Assembly (NCBI GenBank): GCA_902772585.1
Contig: CACYBB010000018.1
Span: 363-64,362, forward strand
From: an uncultured Bacteroidales bacterium
GTDB lineage: Bacteria; Bacteroidota; Bacteroidia; Bacteroidales; Bacteroidaceae
DNA: 64,000 bases
Direction of reading: 5' to 3'
Below the pieces are notes generated by a model. It was not told where the DNA came from. It ran no database searches and saw only the letters and a list, made by a program, of their open reading frames with translations. This document shows, piece after piece, positions 1 to 10,800 of the stretch. Both the position numbers and the translations under genes were made by a program. Positions within the stretch are counted from its first letter, which is position 1; each line of letters opens with the position of its first letter.

Positions 1-638
1 GAGAACTTAGCGAAGACACTCAGTAGCGTGCCAACGGGGCAGATGGTGTTGCAATACGTGCGACCATTGCGCCAGGCTAGCACAGCCAGTATGACCAGCG
101 TCACGATGCTGATGATGAGGCTCGGCAGGGCACGCATCCAGATGTTCGTGTGGTAGAACGCATAGCTGTCGTACTGCTCGGCAATGGCTGCCAGCACGTT
201 GTTGCCTGCCATCCATACGGGTTGCAACAGGTTGGTGCAGATGCGTCCGAAAGCAGAGTAGGGGGCTAGCAACTGTAAAATGGTACCGCCTCCCAGCACG
301 ATGGAAATCAGCATCATTACAAAGAAGATGATGCGCAGGGCGTGCTTCTGTTTGGAATACGTGTAGCGGTTCTTCTTGGCCTTTTTGCCCAACCATCCGA
401 AGATGTCCTGCATGATGCCTAACGGACAAATAACCGAGCAGTAGATGCGTCCGAAGACGAGCGTCAGCACGAGGAGTGCCACGATGACCACGACATTCAG
501 CGCTAATACAGCCTCCAGGAACTGTAGCTTGGGCATCCAACTCACCCAGTGGTGCATGGTGCCAGTGAAGTCGAGGAACAACAGCGTGATGCCTATAAAC
601 ATCACGGTTGCCAGTGCAATTCTGATTTTTCTTAGCAT
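1..638 (-). CDS. 4Fe-4S binding membrane protein (NapH/ferredoxin-like), 3'-truncated by window edge
   Basis: Read by hand from ATG at 638: MLRKIRIALATVMF...FGRIYCSVICPLG...GRTYCNTICPVG, two CxxxCP motifs between hydrophobic helices. Confidence 0.85.
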   Translation of the reverse strand, partial: MLRKIRIALATVMFIGITLLFLDFTGTMHHWVSWMPKLQFLEAVLALNVVVIVALLVLTLVFGRIYCSVICPLGIMQDIFGWLGKKAKKNRYTYSKQKHALRIIFFVMMLISIVLGGGTILQLLAPYSAFGRICTNLLQPVWMAGNNVLAAIAEQYDSYAFYHTNIWMRALPSLIISIVTLVILAVLAWRNGRTYCNTICPVGTLLSVFAKF

Positions 639-654
639 AAAGTATTGTTTAGTT

Positions 655-1413
655 TCAGTTAGTTACTTTGACTATTTGTATGCTCAACTCATAGAGCAAA
701 TAGATGGGCAGTGCCACCACGAAGAGGGTAAAGACATCAGTCGTTGGCGTGATGATGGCTGCCACGACGAGGATCGCTACGATGGCATGACGGCGGAATT
801 GTGACATCATGTGGCTGTTGATGAGTCCCATGCGCCCCATCAGTCCGCAGACTACCGGCAATTCAAAGACCACTCCCATGACCAGACTCATTCCCAGCAG
901 GGTGTCGATATACGACTGCAGGGTCAGCATGTTGGCTACGTCGGGCGACACCTGATAGGTGCCCAGGAAGCGAACCGTTAGCGGAAATACCACGAAATAG
1001 TTCACCAGTGTGCCCATGAGGAACATCAGGTAGGCCGCTCCCACTATCCAGACGGCATAGCGCCGCTCGTTCTGGTAGAGTGCTGGTGACACGAAGCGGA
1101 ACAACTCATATAATATATAAGGTGAAGCCAGCAACAGTCCTGCATAGATGGCCGTCCGCATGTGTATCATGAACTGCTCCGTCAGTCCGGTATTCATCAG
1201 GTTGATGTGGAAGGCATCGACGCCCAGCAACTGGTAGGTTATGAAGTCGCTACTTCTTGGTGCCAGCACCACGCTGAACAGCAGGTCCTTCATCGCGAAG
1301 GCAACAATAGCCAAAATCACTATCGCCACGCCCATCCGTATTAGCGACGAGCGCAATACATCCAGATGGTCCCAGAAAGTGAGGGCATTCGTTCCTTCGT
1401 CCATTTGTCTCAA
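655..1413 (-). CDS. tatC: Twin-arginine translocase subunit TatC (start may be ATG 1404)
   Basis: TFWDHLDVLR N-terminus, FVSPALY, FELP and AAIITPTTD motifs; multiple TM segments. Confidence 0.95.
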   Translation of the reverse strand: MRQMDEGTNALTFWDHLDVLRSSLIRMGVAIVILAIVAFAMKDLLFSVVLAPRSSDFITYQLLGVDAFHINLMNTGLTEQFMIHMRTAIYAGLLLASPYILYELFRFVSPALYQNERRYAVWIVGAAYLMFLMGTLVNYFVVFPLTVRFLGTYQVSPDVANMLTLQSYIDTLLGMSLVMGVVFELPVVCGLMGRMGLINSHMMSQFRRHAIVAILVVAAIITPTTDVFTLFVVALPIYLLYELSIQIVKVTN

Positions 1414-1590
1414 CTATTCGTCCTTCTTCGTTTCGTCCTTCGTACTTTCGTCAACATCCTTCATGCCGTCCTTGAAACTCTTGACACCTTTGCCAAGTCC
1501 TTTCATCAGTTCAGGAATCTTCTTTCCTCCGAACAGCAATAGGATAATCAGTGCGATGACGATGATTTCCTGCATTCCTAATCCAAACAT
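1414..1590 (-). CDS. tatA: Twin-arginine translocase subunit TatA/E (58 aa)
   Basis: Read by hand: [42 protein letters not shown]; adjacent to tatC. Confidence 0.95.
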   Translation of the reverse strand: MFGLGMQEIIVIALIILLLFGGKKIPELMKGLGKGVKSFKDGMKDVDESTKDETKKDE

Positions 1591-1672
1591 GTTTTTGTCG
1601 TTTTTTGGTTATAATCTTTGCAAAGATACGAAAAAAACATTATCTTTGCACTCAAATAAACAACATTTAACT

Positions 1673-2125
1673 ATGGAGTACGAATTTATTCTAAGAATTT
1701 TCGTCGCATCGCTGCTTGGCGGAATCATTGGTCTTGAACGTGAGTATCGTGCCAAGGAGGCTGGTTTCCGCACCCATTTCCTCGTTGCACTGGGTTCTGC
1801 CGTGTTTATGATAGTGTCGGCCTATGGCTTTGGCGAGGTTACTATGGACGGTATGACCTCTCGTTGGGATGTGTCGCGTGTGGCTGCCCAGGTGGTTAGC
1901 GGTATCGGTTTCATTGGCGCTGGTACCATCATCTTCCGCAAACAGGAGAATATGGTCAGTGGTCTGACCACAGCAGCCGGCTTGTGGGTCACGGCTGCCA
2001 TTGGTTTGGCGTGTGGTGGTGGTATGTATGTGTTGGCAATAGCGGCCTCCATCTTGGTGTTGGTGGGACTGGAGGCCTTCAACTTCTTCCTGCACAAGAT
2101 GGACAAGCACCGTAAAGAGCAATAA
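1673..2125 (+). CDS. MgtC/SapB family membrane protein
   Basis: GLERE..KEAGFRTH, RVAAQVVSGIGFIGAG and GLTTAA motifs; ATG at 1673. Confidence 0.9.
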   Translation: MEYEFILRIFVASLLGGIIGLEREYRAKEAGFRTHFLVALGSAVFMIVSAYGFGEVTMDGMTSRWDVSRVAAQVVSGIGFIGAGTIIFRKQENMVSGLTTAAGLWVTAAIGLACGGGMYVLAIAASILVLVGLEAFNFFLHKMDKHRKEQ

Positions 2126-2130
2126 TACGT

Positions 2131-2162
2131 AAAGCGGGAGGACCTTAGGTTCTCCCGCTTTT
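2131..2162. terminator. Bidirectional intrinsic terminator
   Basis: AAAGCGGGAG..CTCCCGCTTTT hairpin between convergent genes. Confidence 0.8.
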
Positions 2163-2195
2163 GCTTGTTATTGTTTATTGTTTAACGTTTATTGT

Positions 2196-2543
2196 TTACA
2201 GGTGTCTGTTGCGCAGGGTGTTCAGCATGATGCGCATGTAGAGTCCAAACTGCTTCTCGTTCAGCACGTCCTTCATCTTGCTGGCGTCCTTTCTTACTGC
2301 CTGATGCACCAGGTGTCTCTGGATGGGTCCTCTTACTGAGGCCAGTGACTGCAACTCAGTGTTGAAACTGTTGTGGATAGCCTCTACGGCATCTGTCTGC
2401 TCCTCGTCCAGTGCGAGCACCTCAGCCAGGCGGTCCATGTTGCAACTTACGTCAAAACGTCTGTCAACCTTGTTACTGTTAGTTTCTGCAAAACTAAATG
2501 TTACTGCCATCATGGCAACCAGTGTTACGATAATCTTTTTCAT
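2196..2543 (-). CDS. Secreted helical hypothetical protein
   Basis: 115 aa with Sec signal peptide (MKKIIVTLVAMMAVTFSFA). Confidence 0.75.
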   Translation of the reverse strand: MKKIIVTLVAMMAVTFSFAETNSNKVDRRFDVSCNMDRLAEVLALDEEQTDAVEAIHNSFNTELQSLASVRGPIQRHLVHQAVRKDASKMKDVLNEKQFGLYMRIMLNTLRNRHL

Positions 2544-2606
2544 ACCTTTAATTTTTTAAGTTGTTATTATTTTTGTTTTTTTGTTTTCGTTGTTCTTTGC
2601 TTCTTT

Positions 2607-2680
2607 GACGTAATAAAGGCATGAAATGTTTAACCGTCCGTTGAGTGGTTTCAACGAACGGTTAGTTTTATTCAGCGAAC
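2607..2680 (-). promoter_or_regulatory. Putative ECF-type promoter with upstream direct-repeat regulator site
   Basis: Minus strand AAC-N17-CGTC at 2607-2630; TCA(A/G)CGAAC repeated 21 nt apart at 2651 and 2672. Confidence 0.4.
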
Positions 2681-2709
2681 TGCCGAATATCGTATAACAA
2701 GTTTGAAAC

Positions 2710-3246
2710 TTATGATGTGCCCAGTTTCTTACACTCCAGATACAGACATGTCGAGAAGATGGCTTCTATAATCATCATCAGGGCTGCCAATACGTATGGC
2801 GGATACATCAGTCCGATGATGAGCGACAGAATCGGAATGATAATGGAGAGCACCATATAACTCTTTGACTGATAAAGCCATGAGAAAGGCATCAGGTGGG
2901 CACCGAATATCATGGCATAGACCATCAGCATCTTTTCAGGCATGGCTGACAACACCCACATGGCTATCAGAATGTAAAGCATCTGGTTGATGCTGAACAG
3001 GATGCCAGCCTTCGACAGCGGATTGCCTTTTCCTTCAAAGTCAATCTTCAAAACCTTCGATAGCATCCAGGCCAGGGGAAATAATACAGCAGAACAGCAG
3101 AAGGTGAGGATGTCTTTCAGTTCTATGTTCAAATCTGTGAGGTGCAATGCCAGTATCAATGCCCATATCACGATAGATGCCACAATAAAGTGCATTCCCT
3201 TCTTCTGTTTCTGTGAACAGTCTTTTATCAGTTCTTCGAGTTCCAT
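2710..3246 (-). CDS. Multi-pass membrane protein (DUF7010-like)
   Basis: 178 aa, about 6 TM helices, GAHLMPFSWLYQS motif. Confidence 0.7.
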   Translation of the reverse strand: MELEELIKDCSQKQKKGMHFIVASIVIWALILALHLTDLNIELKDILTFCCSAVLFPLAWMLSKVLKIDFEGKGNPLSKAGILFSINQMLYILIAMWVLSAMPEKMLMVYAMIFGAHLMPFSWLYQSKSYMVLSIIIPILSLIIGLMYPPYVLAALMMIIEAIFSTCLYLECKKLGTS

Positions 3247-3400
3247 AAATTCTCAATATTGCCTGATGCGGCTTTGTTCTTGTTAAAGTTTATTATGCAA
3301 ATGCAAAGATAGGTATATTCTTTGTAACTCACAAGTTTTTAGGGAACTATTTTACAATTTAATGATGTTCTTTTATCTTCCAACAACGGGGGCACTTTAC

Positions 3401-3540
3401 GGTCGTTCCGACGTCATCTTGCGGTTGTTCCAATGGCATCTACGACCCGTTCCGACGTCACTTTAGGGGGGTAAAGTAAGTCATCTTCGGGTCGTAGATG
3501 ACTGCGGAACGGGTGGAAGGAACGTCAGGAACGACCCGAA
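3401..3540. repeat. 140-bp intergenic 22-nt-period palindromic element, copy 1 (copy 2 at 29021-29160)
   Basis: Ungapped colinear similarity to 29021-29160; GTCATCT/GTTCCGA units; central CTTTAGGGG.GTAAAG. Confidence 0.8.
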
Positions 3541-3542
3541 AA

Positions 3543-3583
3543 CAACGTCACTTTCCCTGACCTGAAAATCAGAGAAAGTGACG
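3543..3583 (-). terminator. Hairpin terminator downstream of the PanK gene; same sequence family as the guaA terminator
   Basis: Reverse complement CGTCACTTTCTCTGATTTTCAGGTCAGGGAAAGTGACGTTG is nearly identical to 40058-40099. Confidence 0.7.
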
Positions 3584-3604
3584 GTATGTAAGTCGAAGAA
3601 ACTC

Positions 3605-4423
3605 TTAGTGTTTGTAGCTGAGTGCGGCACCGATGGCAGTGCAGAACTCGGCATATTTGGGAATGTGGAAATGGACATTGTAGAGCTTTTCCAGCATGGG
3701 ATAGATATCCTTGCACTGGGGCAGGAGCGTCAAGTTGCCGATGAGCACAAAGTCCTTGATGCCAGAATTGAGGGCGGCAAGGATGGATGCAGAGCCTATT
3801 GACTGCAGTACCATGGTGATGATACCCAGCGCAACATCCTCCTTGGGCGCATCATACTGAGCCTTAGAGAATAGTGAGGCTGTGGCATCCATAGGCAGTC
3901 CTGGCAGCGGGTGGGTAGAGATGTCGCCAATCAGCAGGTTGATATTGCGGATGTCGCCCTGCAGGGCCAGACTCTGAATTTGCTTGGGGTCACGGGTGTT
4001 CAGCATGACGCGGCTCAGTCCCTGCAGGGTGCCGCCTCCGATGCCGATACCTCCGATGTGGCGGATGTTGTCGCCATCGCATTGTACAAAACTGGTACCT
4101 GTACCCATGGACACGACAATGGCCTTGTTGAGGCCGGACTCGAAGCGGGCGCCCAGACCATCGGCAATGAATTCATCGACCTTCTGGGTGGGTATGCCAT
4201 AGATGGGCTCGTCGATATAGGCTGAGCCCACACCCGTCACCATGACCTGCTCTACGTCTTTCAACTCAATCTTGTTGTCGTGCAGATACTTGCCGAAAGC
4301 ACCATAGAGTGATGTAATCTGGTCAACGGCAGTGATGCGGATGGGTGACACTACGCGACCTTCGCGCAGCCCTACAATCTTTGTGGTCGAAATGCCAACG
4401 TCAATACCAATAACTATTCCCAT
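3605..4423 (-). CDS. coaW: Type II pantothenate kinase (fumble/ASKHA)
   Basis: GIDVGISTTK, TGVGS, VSMGTGTS, GGGTLQGL and TAIGA motifs. Confidence 0.85.
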   Translation of the reverse strand: MGIVIGIDVGISTTKIVGLREGRVVSPIRITAVDQITSLYGAFGKYLHDNKIELKDVEQVMVTGVGSAYIDEPIYGIPTQKVDEFIADGLGARFESGLNKAIVVSMGTGTSFVQCDGDNIRHIGGIGIGGGTLQGLSRVMLNTRDPKQIQSLALQGDIRNINLLIGDISTHPLPGLPMDATASLFSKAQYDAPKEDVALGIITMVLQSIGSASILAALNSGIKDFVLIGNLTLLPQCKDIYPMLEKLYNVHFHIPKYAEFCTAIGAALSYKH

Positions 4424-4455
4424 ATCTTGTTGTTTTAGTTGCTTCTATTCATAGA

Positions 4456-4491
4456 AAAACCCCTGCTAGAGAAATCTCTAAGACAGGGGTT
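4456..4491 (-). terminator. Terminator downstream of tRNA-Phe
   Basis: AACCCCTG..CAGGGGTT hairpin, T-run on minus strand. Confidence 0.6.
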
Positions 4492-4508
4492 CATAATGAA
4501 AGGAGGAG

Positions 4509-4581
4509 TGGTACCTCCAGGAATCGAACCGGGGACACACGGATTTTCAGTCCGATGCTCTACCAACTGAGCTAAGGCACC
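4509..4581 (-). tRNA. tRNA-Phe (GAA)
   Basis: GGTGCCTTAGCTCAGTTGGTAGAGCATCGGACTGAAAATCCGTGTGTCCCCGGTTCGATTCCTGGAGGTACCA cloverleaf. Confidence 0.97.
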
Positions 4582-4868
4582 ATCATTATTTTTCTAGGCA
4601 ATCCTCTTGATTGCGGGTGCAAAGGTACGAAGAAAAAAACAATCGGCCAAACTTTTATCCAATTTTTTTTTATTTTCCTCTCATTTTGTCTTGAAAACCA
4701 TATTCTACTCGTTCTCTTCGCGGCTACAACTCCCTATTCTCGTGTGCTACATGCTCAAAAACAAATGTGACTTTTGTTTGTTTGTTCCAATTATATTTTG
4801 TATCTTTGCAGCATCTAATCGTATAGCTGTATAAGCTGATGCATTGATAACTAAAAACAATAACAAAT

Positions 4869-7800
4869 ATGACTAAAAGAATTCAACTTTTTTGGGCGCT
4901 CGTATTTCTGCTATTGCCACAGATGGCAGAGGCGGCTTCTTTCATTAAGGACAAGCAGAACTATACGGCAATGCTGACAGGCAAGGCAACTATTCAATTT
5001 TCGTTGCCGACTTTCGACTACTGGTCTCTCTCGGGCAATGTCTATGTAACCGACGATAGTTATATCGAGGCTACCTGTGACGGCTCAACGAAGAAGATAT
5101 TCTGGTGGAAGAGCGAAGGCGACGAGTGGAGTGACAGGTCGTGGGCCTGGGCTGAAGACTACGGTACATTCATAGTGATACGTGAACACTATGGCAGTGA
5201 ATATGACAACAGGACGCTGAAACCAGGCGAATGGTCGAAATTCATGCTTGGTGCCGACCTGTCGGACGGTGACCACAAGACCATGAAGGTGAACTGGGAA
5301 GTCCCCTATGAATGGCAGGGCAAGAAGATTCGTCTGCGTGCCAACGTAGTGTGGACAGAGACTACCGGCAATGGAGACCCAATGGACATCAGTCTGGGTG
5401 AATTCGCCACATCGGAACCGCCCACTGTCAACGTGATGCTGATGGATCCGATGCTGGCCTTCGAAAAGGGACACGTCAACGAGATTATCCTGCCTTATTC
5501 CATTACAGCCAGGAAAGTCAACAGTATCGCTGTCCATTATACGGACCGTATCAGCGGTGAGGACAAGAGTATGGTGCTGAGCTCTACGGCGCTCTCTGGC
5601 TATGTTTATATGCCTGCTGACAGAGCATTAAAGGACTTATACCTGAAATGCAACATCGTGGACAATGATGGCAACACGCTGGACATTGAGTCGGAGCGCA
5701 TCAAGATGCCGCCCCTGCATCAGGCCGTTGACTTTACGGCAACCTTGGAGTACAGTGGTCAGGTGACACTTACATGGAAGGTGGAAAACGCGGAGTTGGA
5801 GGATATCGTGGAGACTGATTACTGGGAGATACAACGTAACCTCTCAGGCAACAGTGACGATGACGACAGCGGGTGGATGACAATCGGCCAGATTAGTTAC
5901 GAAGCGGGTGAGAAAGCGTATTCTTATGTGGACGAAGACTACCTGAACAGTTATCAGGGCAGGGAAGTTTACTACCGCATTCGCCGTATGGCAACCTCTA
6001 TGTGGGGATGGAGCAAGGATACCGGCAGAAAGCTCTGTCAGCAGACTTCTCCCCTTTACCTGACGCAGATGACCTCCGGAAAGGTAGCGAAAGCTGCCGA
6101 CTGGGGTGATAACTTCCAGCATCGTGTCAACATATCATGGACGTCTGTTTTGGGAAAGCTGGGCGATGTGCTGGGTAAGGATGGAAAAGTTTATGAAAAC
6201 GCATCAAGTGCCAAGGATCATGGCGGTGGCATCTGGGGTGTTGTAGTATGCGGGAAACCTCTCATCGTATGGACTGCCAATAAATCCGAAATCAAGTCAG
6301 CAGACTATGCCACCCAAACCTACAGGCAGTACTATTTAGACCACAGCTCTGGTAAATTAAAATATGTAGTGCCCTCATCTGATTTCCATTTTGTATATCC
6401 CGACTATTCGTATCTGACCAAGATAGTCAAGGGCTATGGCGGCCAGATACCTGATGCTCCGAGAAACAATTTTATTTTTACAAGTACCCCGCTACTTGAA
6501 GCCCTGGATGACTTGGCGTCCGACGGCGTTGAAGGCATACGAGGGGGAAATTTCTTCCTCTACAAAGACACTATATGGTCATTTAATATGTCGGGTACGA
6601 TGTACGACCCAATTACCACGGGCTTTGGTGTTTCTTTCATGACAAGAGGTTGGGCGGTCTATGACGAAAAGAGCCGTGATGTCTGGGATTCCCGTGCTAA
6701 ACTGCTGCTGTATATAGACATGAAGAACGATGCCGGAGAGATTGTGGCTACTGAGTGTCGCGACCTTTCGGGTGACACGGCCGTCATCAACAAAGGTCAA
6801 TACACGCTGCAACTGACGCGCAAGTGCGTGGATTACGACTTCCGCCTGGTTATGAAGCGCGGCACGTCGCCACTGCATTTCCGTGAGAACGGTGCCGACA
6901 GTTTGGAGGTGAAGTTGGTAAAGCAAGAGACTGGAGCCGATGTCGTCTATAAGTTCATGAACAACGACAGTATTGTCAACCTTGTGGCCAAGCAGCAGCA
7001 GAGCACTGTGGAACTGTCGTGGAGCAACACGGGCGGTGACAATGACTTCTACCGCGTGCTGCGTCGTGAACATGGAGTATCCGACAGTGAACCGTGGGAC
7101 ACGCTGGCTACCGGGCTTACTCAATTGTTCTTTATTGACAAGAAACCCCGTCCGCAACACGTCTATGACTATCGCGTAGAATCTGTGCTGCAGTGTGAGG
7201 GACTGAAAATCAGTGGACAGACCGTCACCGGACAGTGTGCACCGACGGGTATGGTACGCGGCTATGTGCGTCTGGCCGATGGTACTGGTCTGGGTGGTCT
7301 TACCGTGACTGCTGAGCCGATAGGCAACATTGTGGGTGCAACTATAGCCACAGCTGTGACAGACTCGACAGGTTTCTTTGAACTCAGCGGACTGATTTAT
7401 CAGCAGGCGGGCAGCTATCGCATCAGTGTGGCCTCGATGGGCGATGCGGGCAGCTTTGAGCCGCAGACAGTCAGTTTCGACGATGAAGTGAACCTGCGCA
7501 ACAACTTCATTTTTACCATTAATACCTATTATATATATAGTGGCAACGTCTATTACGAAGGTTCTACCATACCAGTGCCTGGCGTACAGTTCCGACGCGA
7601 TGGTGTGTTAATGGTCAATGCCAACCAACAGCCTATCGTTACCGACAACCAGGGATCCTTCTCGCTGAGTATTCCTAAGGGTACACACCGTGTGCAGGCT
7701 GTGAAGGAAGGCCATCAGTTCAAGAACGACGGATATTTGCAGAATCCTGATTCACAGACGGGCGACCTGCGCGACTACAACTGGGCAAAGGACGTCAGCA

Positions 7801-10800
7801 CTGTGCGCCTCTGGGACCAGACACGCGTTGTGCTGCGTGGCCGCTTGGTGGGTGGTAATGAGCAGGGTCAGCTGCCACTGGGACAGTCGCTGTCGAAGAA
7901 CAATCTCGGTGACAGCTTGAAAATTGTACTGATGCTAGAGGGCGACAACACATCATATATTACCTATGACCCATTAGACCCCACCAAGAAGGAGCGTACG
8001 GATGTGATAGTGCACGGACGTACCGACACGACGAGCGTCCGCAGCAATCGCCGCAGCATTACAATCTGCCCTGACGAGAAGTCTGGCGAGTATCAGCTCT
8101 CGGTATATCCAGTGAAATATAAGGTAACCGAGGTGTCGGCAACGGGTTACAGCACGCTCTTCCAGGAAGGAAAGGTTGGTGAGACGCTCGACCTGACCGC
8201 ATACCAACAAGGCGATACCGCAGTTTATAGCCGTATTTACCACAGTGTTCCTAGCCTTGACGTCATCCAGTTCAATCCCACGGGTGAGAACTATTACGGT
8301 GTGAAGCAGTATCAGAGTCAGGACAACATCGGCAACAAGACGATGGTGTCGCTATGGGACAGTGAGGCAGGATACTCCTTCGGCAATCCTGTGTTCATGG
8401 CAGGCTCGCCCTATGGATGGGTTCTGCAGGCTGTGGAGCGTTACTACTTTAATAACGACAGCCGTCGTGAGGCTGACGTGGTCAAACTGAAGGGTGGGGA
8501 AGTGACGTTCAGCAACGGACTGGTGAGCAGTACCACCATGAACAAGGTCGAACTTGATAGTCTGGGTGGTGGTTCATACGTCTTCACTCCTCAGAACACG
8601 ACCTTTACCCTCGAAGACGACAAGGCAGTCAAGACTGTCAGCATTACGCTACTCTACGATGGAACCTATTTCGATGTACAACCCATTAAGGGGTATGTAA
8701 TGGCCAGCATACCTAAGAGCAATGGCAATCGCATGGTGGTCAAAGGTATTCCACATCTAATTGACATTCTGCGAGACCCGCCAGGCGGTGGCAGCTCGGC
8801 CTATATGGAACAAGGCTCAAAGCTGAGCTATAGCTATTCGGCTAACATTGATGCGTCAGCAGGCTTTGACATTTCCAAAGAAACAGGTAGTGGAGCCAAC
8901 TATTACACTGGAGTCATCGGTATGGCAGGGGTTACAGGTACTGAGGCAGGCAACATCAATAATGTCAAGACTACGCAAAACTTCTCAGTTACCCTGGCTA
9001 CCTACTTCGGATGGTCGTGGAACTATAGCTACGCCATTGACCTCAATGAGCGTATCGAGACTTCATCAGGCAAAAAGTGGATTGGTCCCAAGGCAGACCT
9101 CTTCATCGGTATGACTGACAATATCGTTCTACAGGATGCTGTGGCCGTACGTGTGATACCTGAGAATATCTATAAGCTCATGACCACCCATCAAGGCGGT
9201 ACTTTCAATACTTCAAGCGGAATGCCTGTCACTGTGAAGAATGGCACTATGAAGGTATTGGCAACAGGACATGACCCCAATGGCAAGCCTATCTATCTGA
9301 TTCGTGATGAGGTGTTGGGTGTAAGCATGAATGTCAGTTCTTCCTTCGTTCATTCGCAATACCATATAGAGAATGAGATTCTGCCCAACCTAATGCGTAT
9401 CCGAAACTCACTCATCCTACCCAAGGGAACAACACCAGACTATGCTCAGGCACTGGCCAACAAGCAAGGCTTCAGCTCGTATGTGAGCAATGTCGATGAA
9501 AACGATAAACTCTTTGGACTGAGTGACGCAAATGACAAGCCCACCTACACCCAATACTACCCGACGGGAATAGGCAAGTCTGCGATGCGTGACAGCATAG
9601 CTGCCCTGAATAATGAGGCTGCCTGCTGGCTTCGTTTCCTCATGAAGAATGAAGAGGAGAAACTCACGGCTACCGATCTGGTAAAGAACTATGACTTTGA
9701 CGGTGCTGCCAGCGTTCAGTATGCCGAAAACTTCTCATTCAGCGGCGATCGTACGCGTTATCTGCGCTGGCCCATCATGAACAACTTCGGTGGTGGATTC
9801 TCGCAGTTGCTTGGTCCTATTGGTAACTTGCTCGAAAAAGTGTTCTCTTCAGGCAATGTGAGAAGCGAGCCTTATACGGTCGGATCTGATGATGTTGGCT
9901 CTGCTGTTGCCGATATCTCTGTGGTTGGCTCGAGCATCAAGCTGAAATTCAAGCCCATTCTGTCGGCTAACTTCAACGATAAGAACGGCATAAATGAGTC
10001 GTGGAGCAAGAAAGTTGGTTTCAAACTCTCGGTAACACCCAAGAGCATGCTGAATGTGGATGTTTACCGTACTAAGAGCAGTTTGCTCAACATCAGTAAT
10101 GAAGATACAGCTGACAATATCTTCTATAGCCTTACCAAGGACTATTTGGATAAGATACGCAACGGCAAAGTACTTTCCAGCGGCTTTACCAACTCATCGT
10201 CGTTTATGGACCAGTTACAGACTCCAGTATATAGTAGCTTTGTCTATAGGACCCGTGGCGGTGCCACTGCCTCGCCTTATGAGGATGAGCGTCTGACCAA
10301 GTACTACAATCCTGGTACCGTGCTTGATGCCAAGACAATTGAGTTACACAAACTGCGCATCTGGACGGAACAGGCATCGGTAAGCAATGTGCCTTTCGAC
10401 GAGCCTGCCCGCTTTACCCTCTATTTGGCTAATGAGAGTGAGATGCCAGATAATACGACACCTTATTTCAAACTGGCCGTTGACAACAAATACAACCAGA
10501 AGGGAGCGAAAATCATGGTAGATGGCAACGTACTGAATGGTGACGGTTATACGGTGGCACTCACACCCAACGAGGTGCTGACCAAGCAGATAGAGGTGTA
10601 CCCCGGCGAGGCTTTCGACTATGAGAACCTAGCCATTACCCTTTATGACCCAGATGATGATCCACGTACATACAATACGTATATCTCTGCTCATTTCGTA
10701 CCGTCTGCCGGTAAGGTAAAGGTAACAGCCCCAGGTGGTAACTGGGTGGTGAATACCGAGAGCAGCTACGACGCGAAACAGCAGGCTTACTTCCTGCCTG

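Noticed and set aside
1241-1672. N-terminal extension of the 294-aa MgtC ORF
   Set aside because: It is antisense to tatA/tatC; a promoter box lies near 1641 and the real start is ATG 1673.
4509-4581. tRNA-Phe as an island attachment site
   Set aside because: I found no duplicated tRNA 3' end and no integrase in the window.
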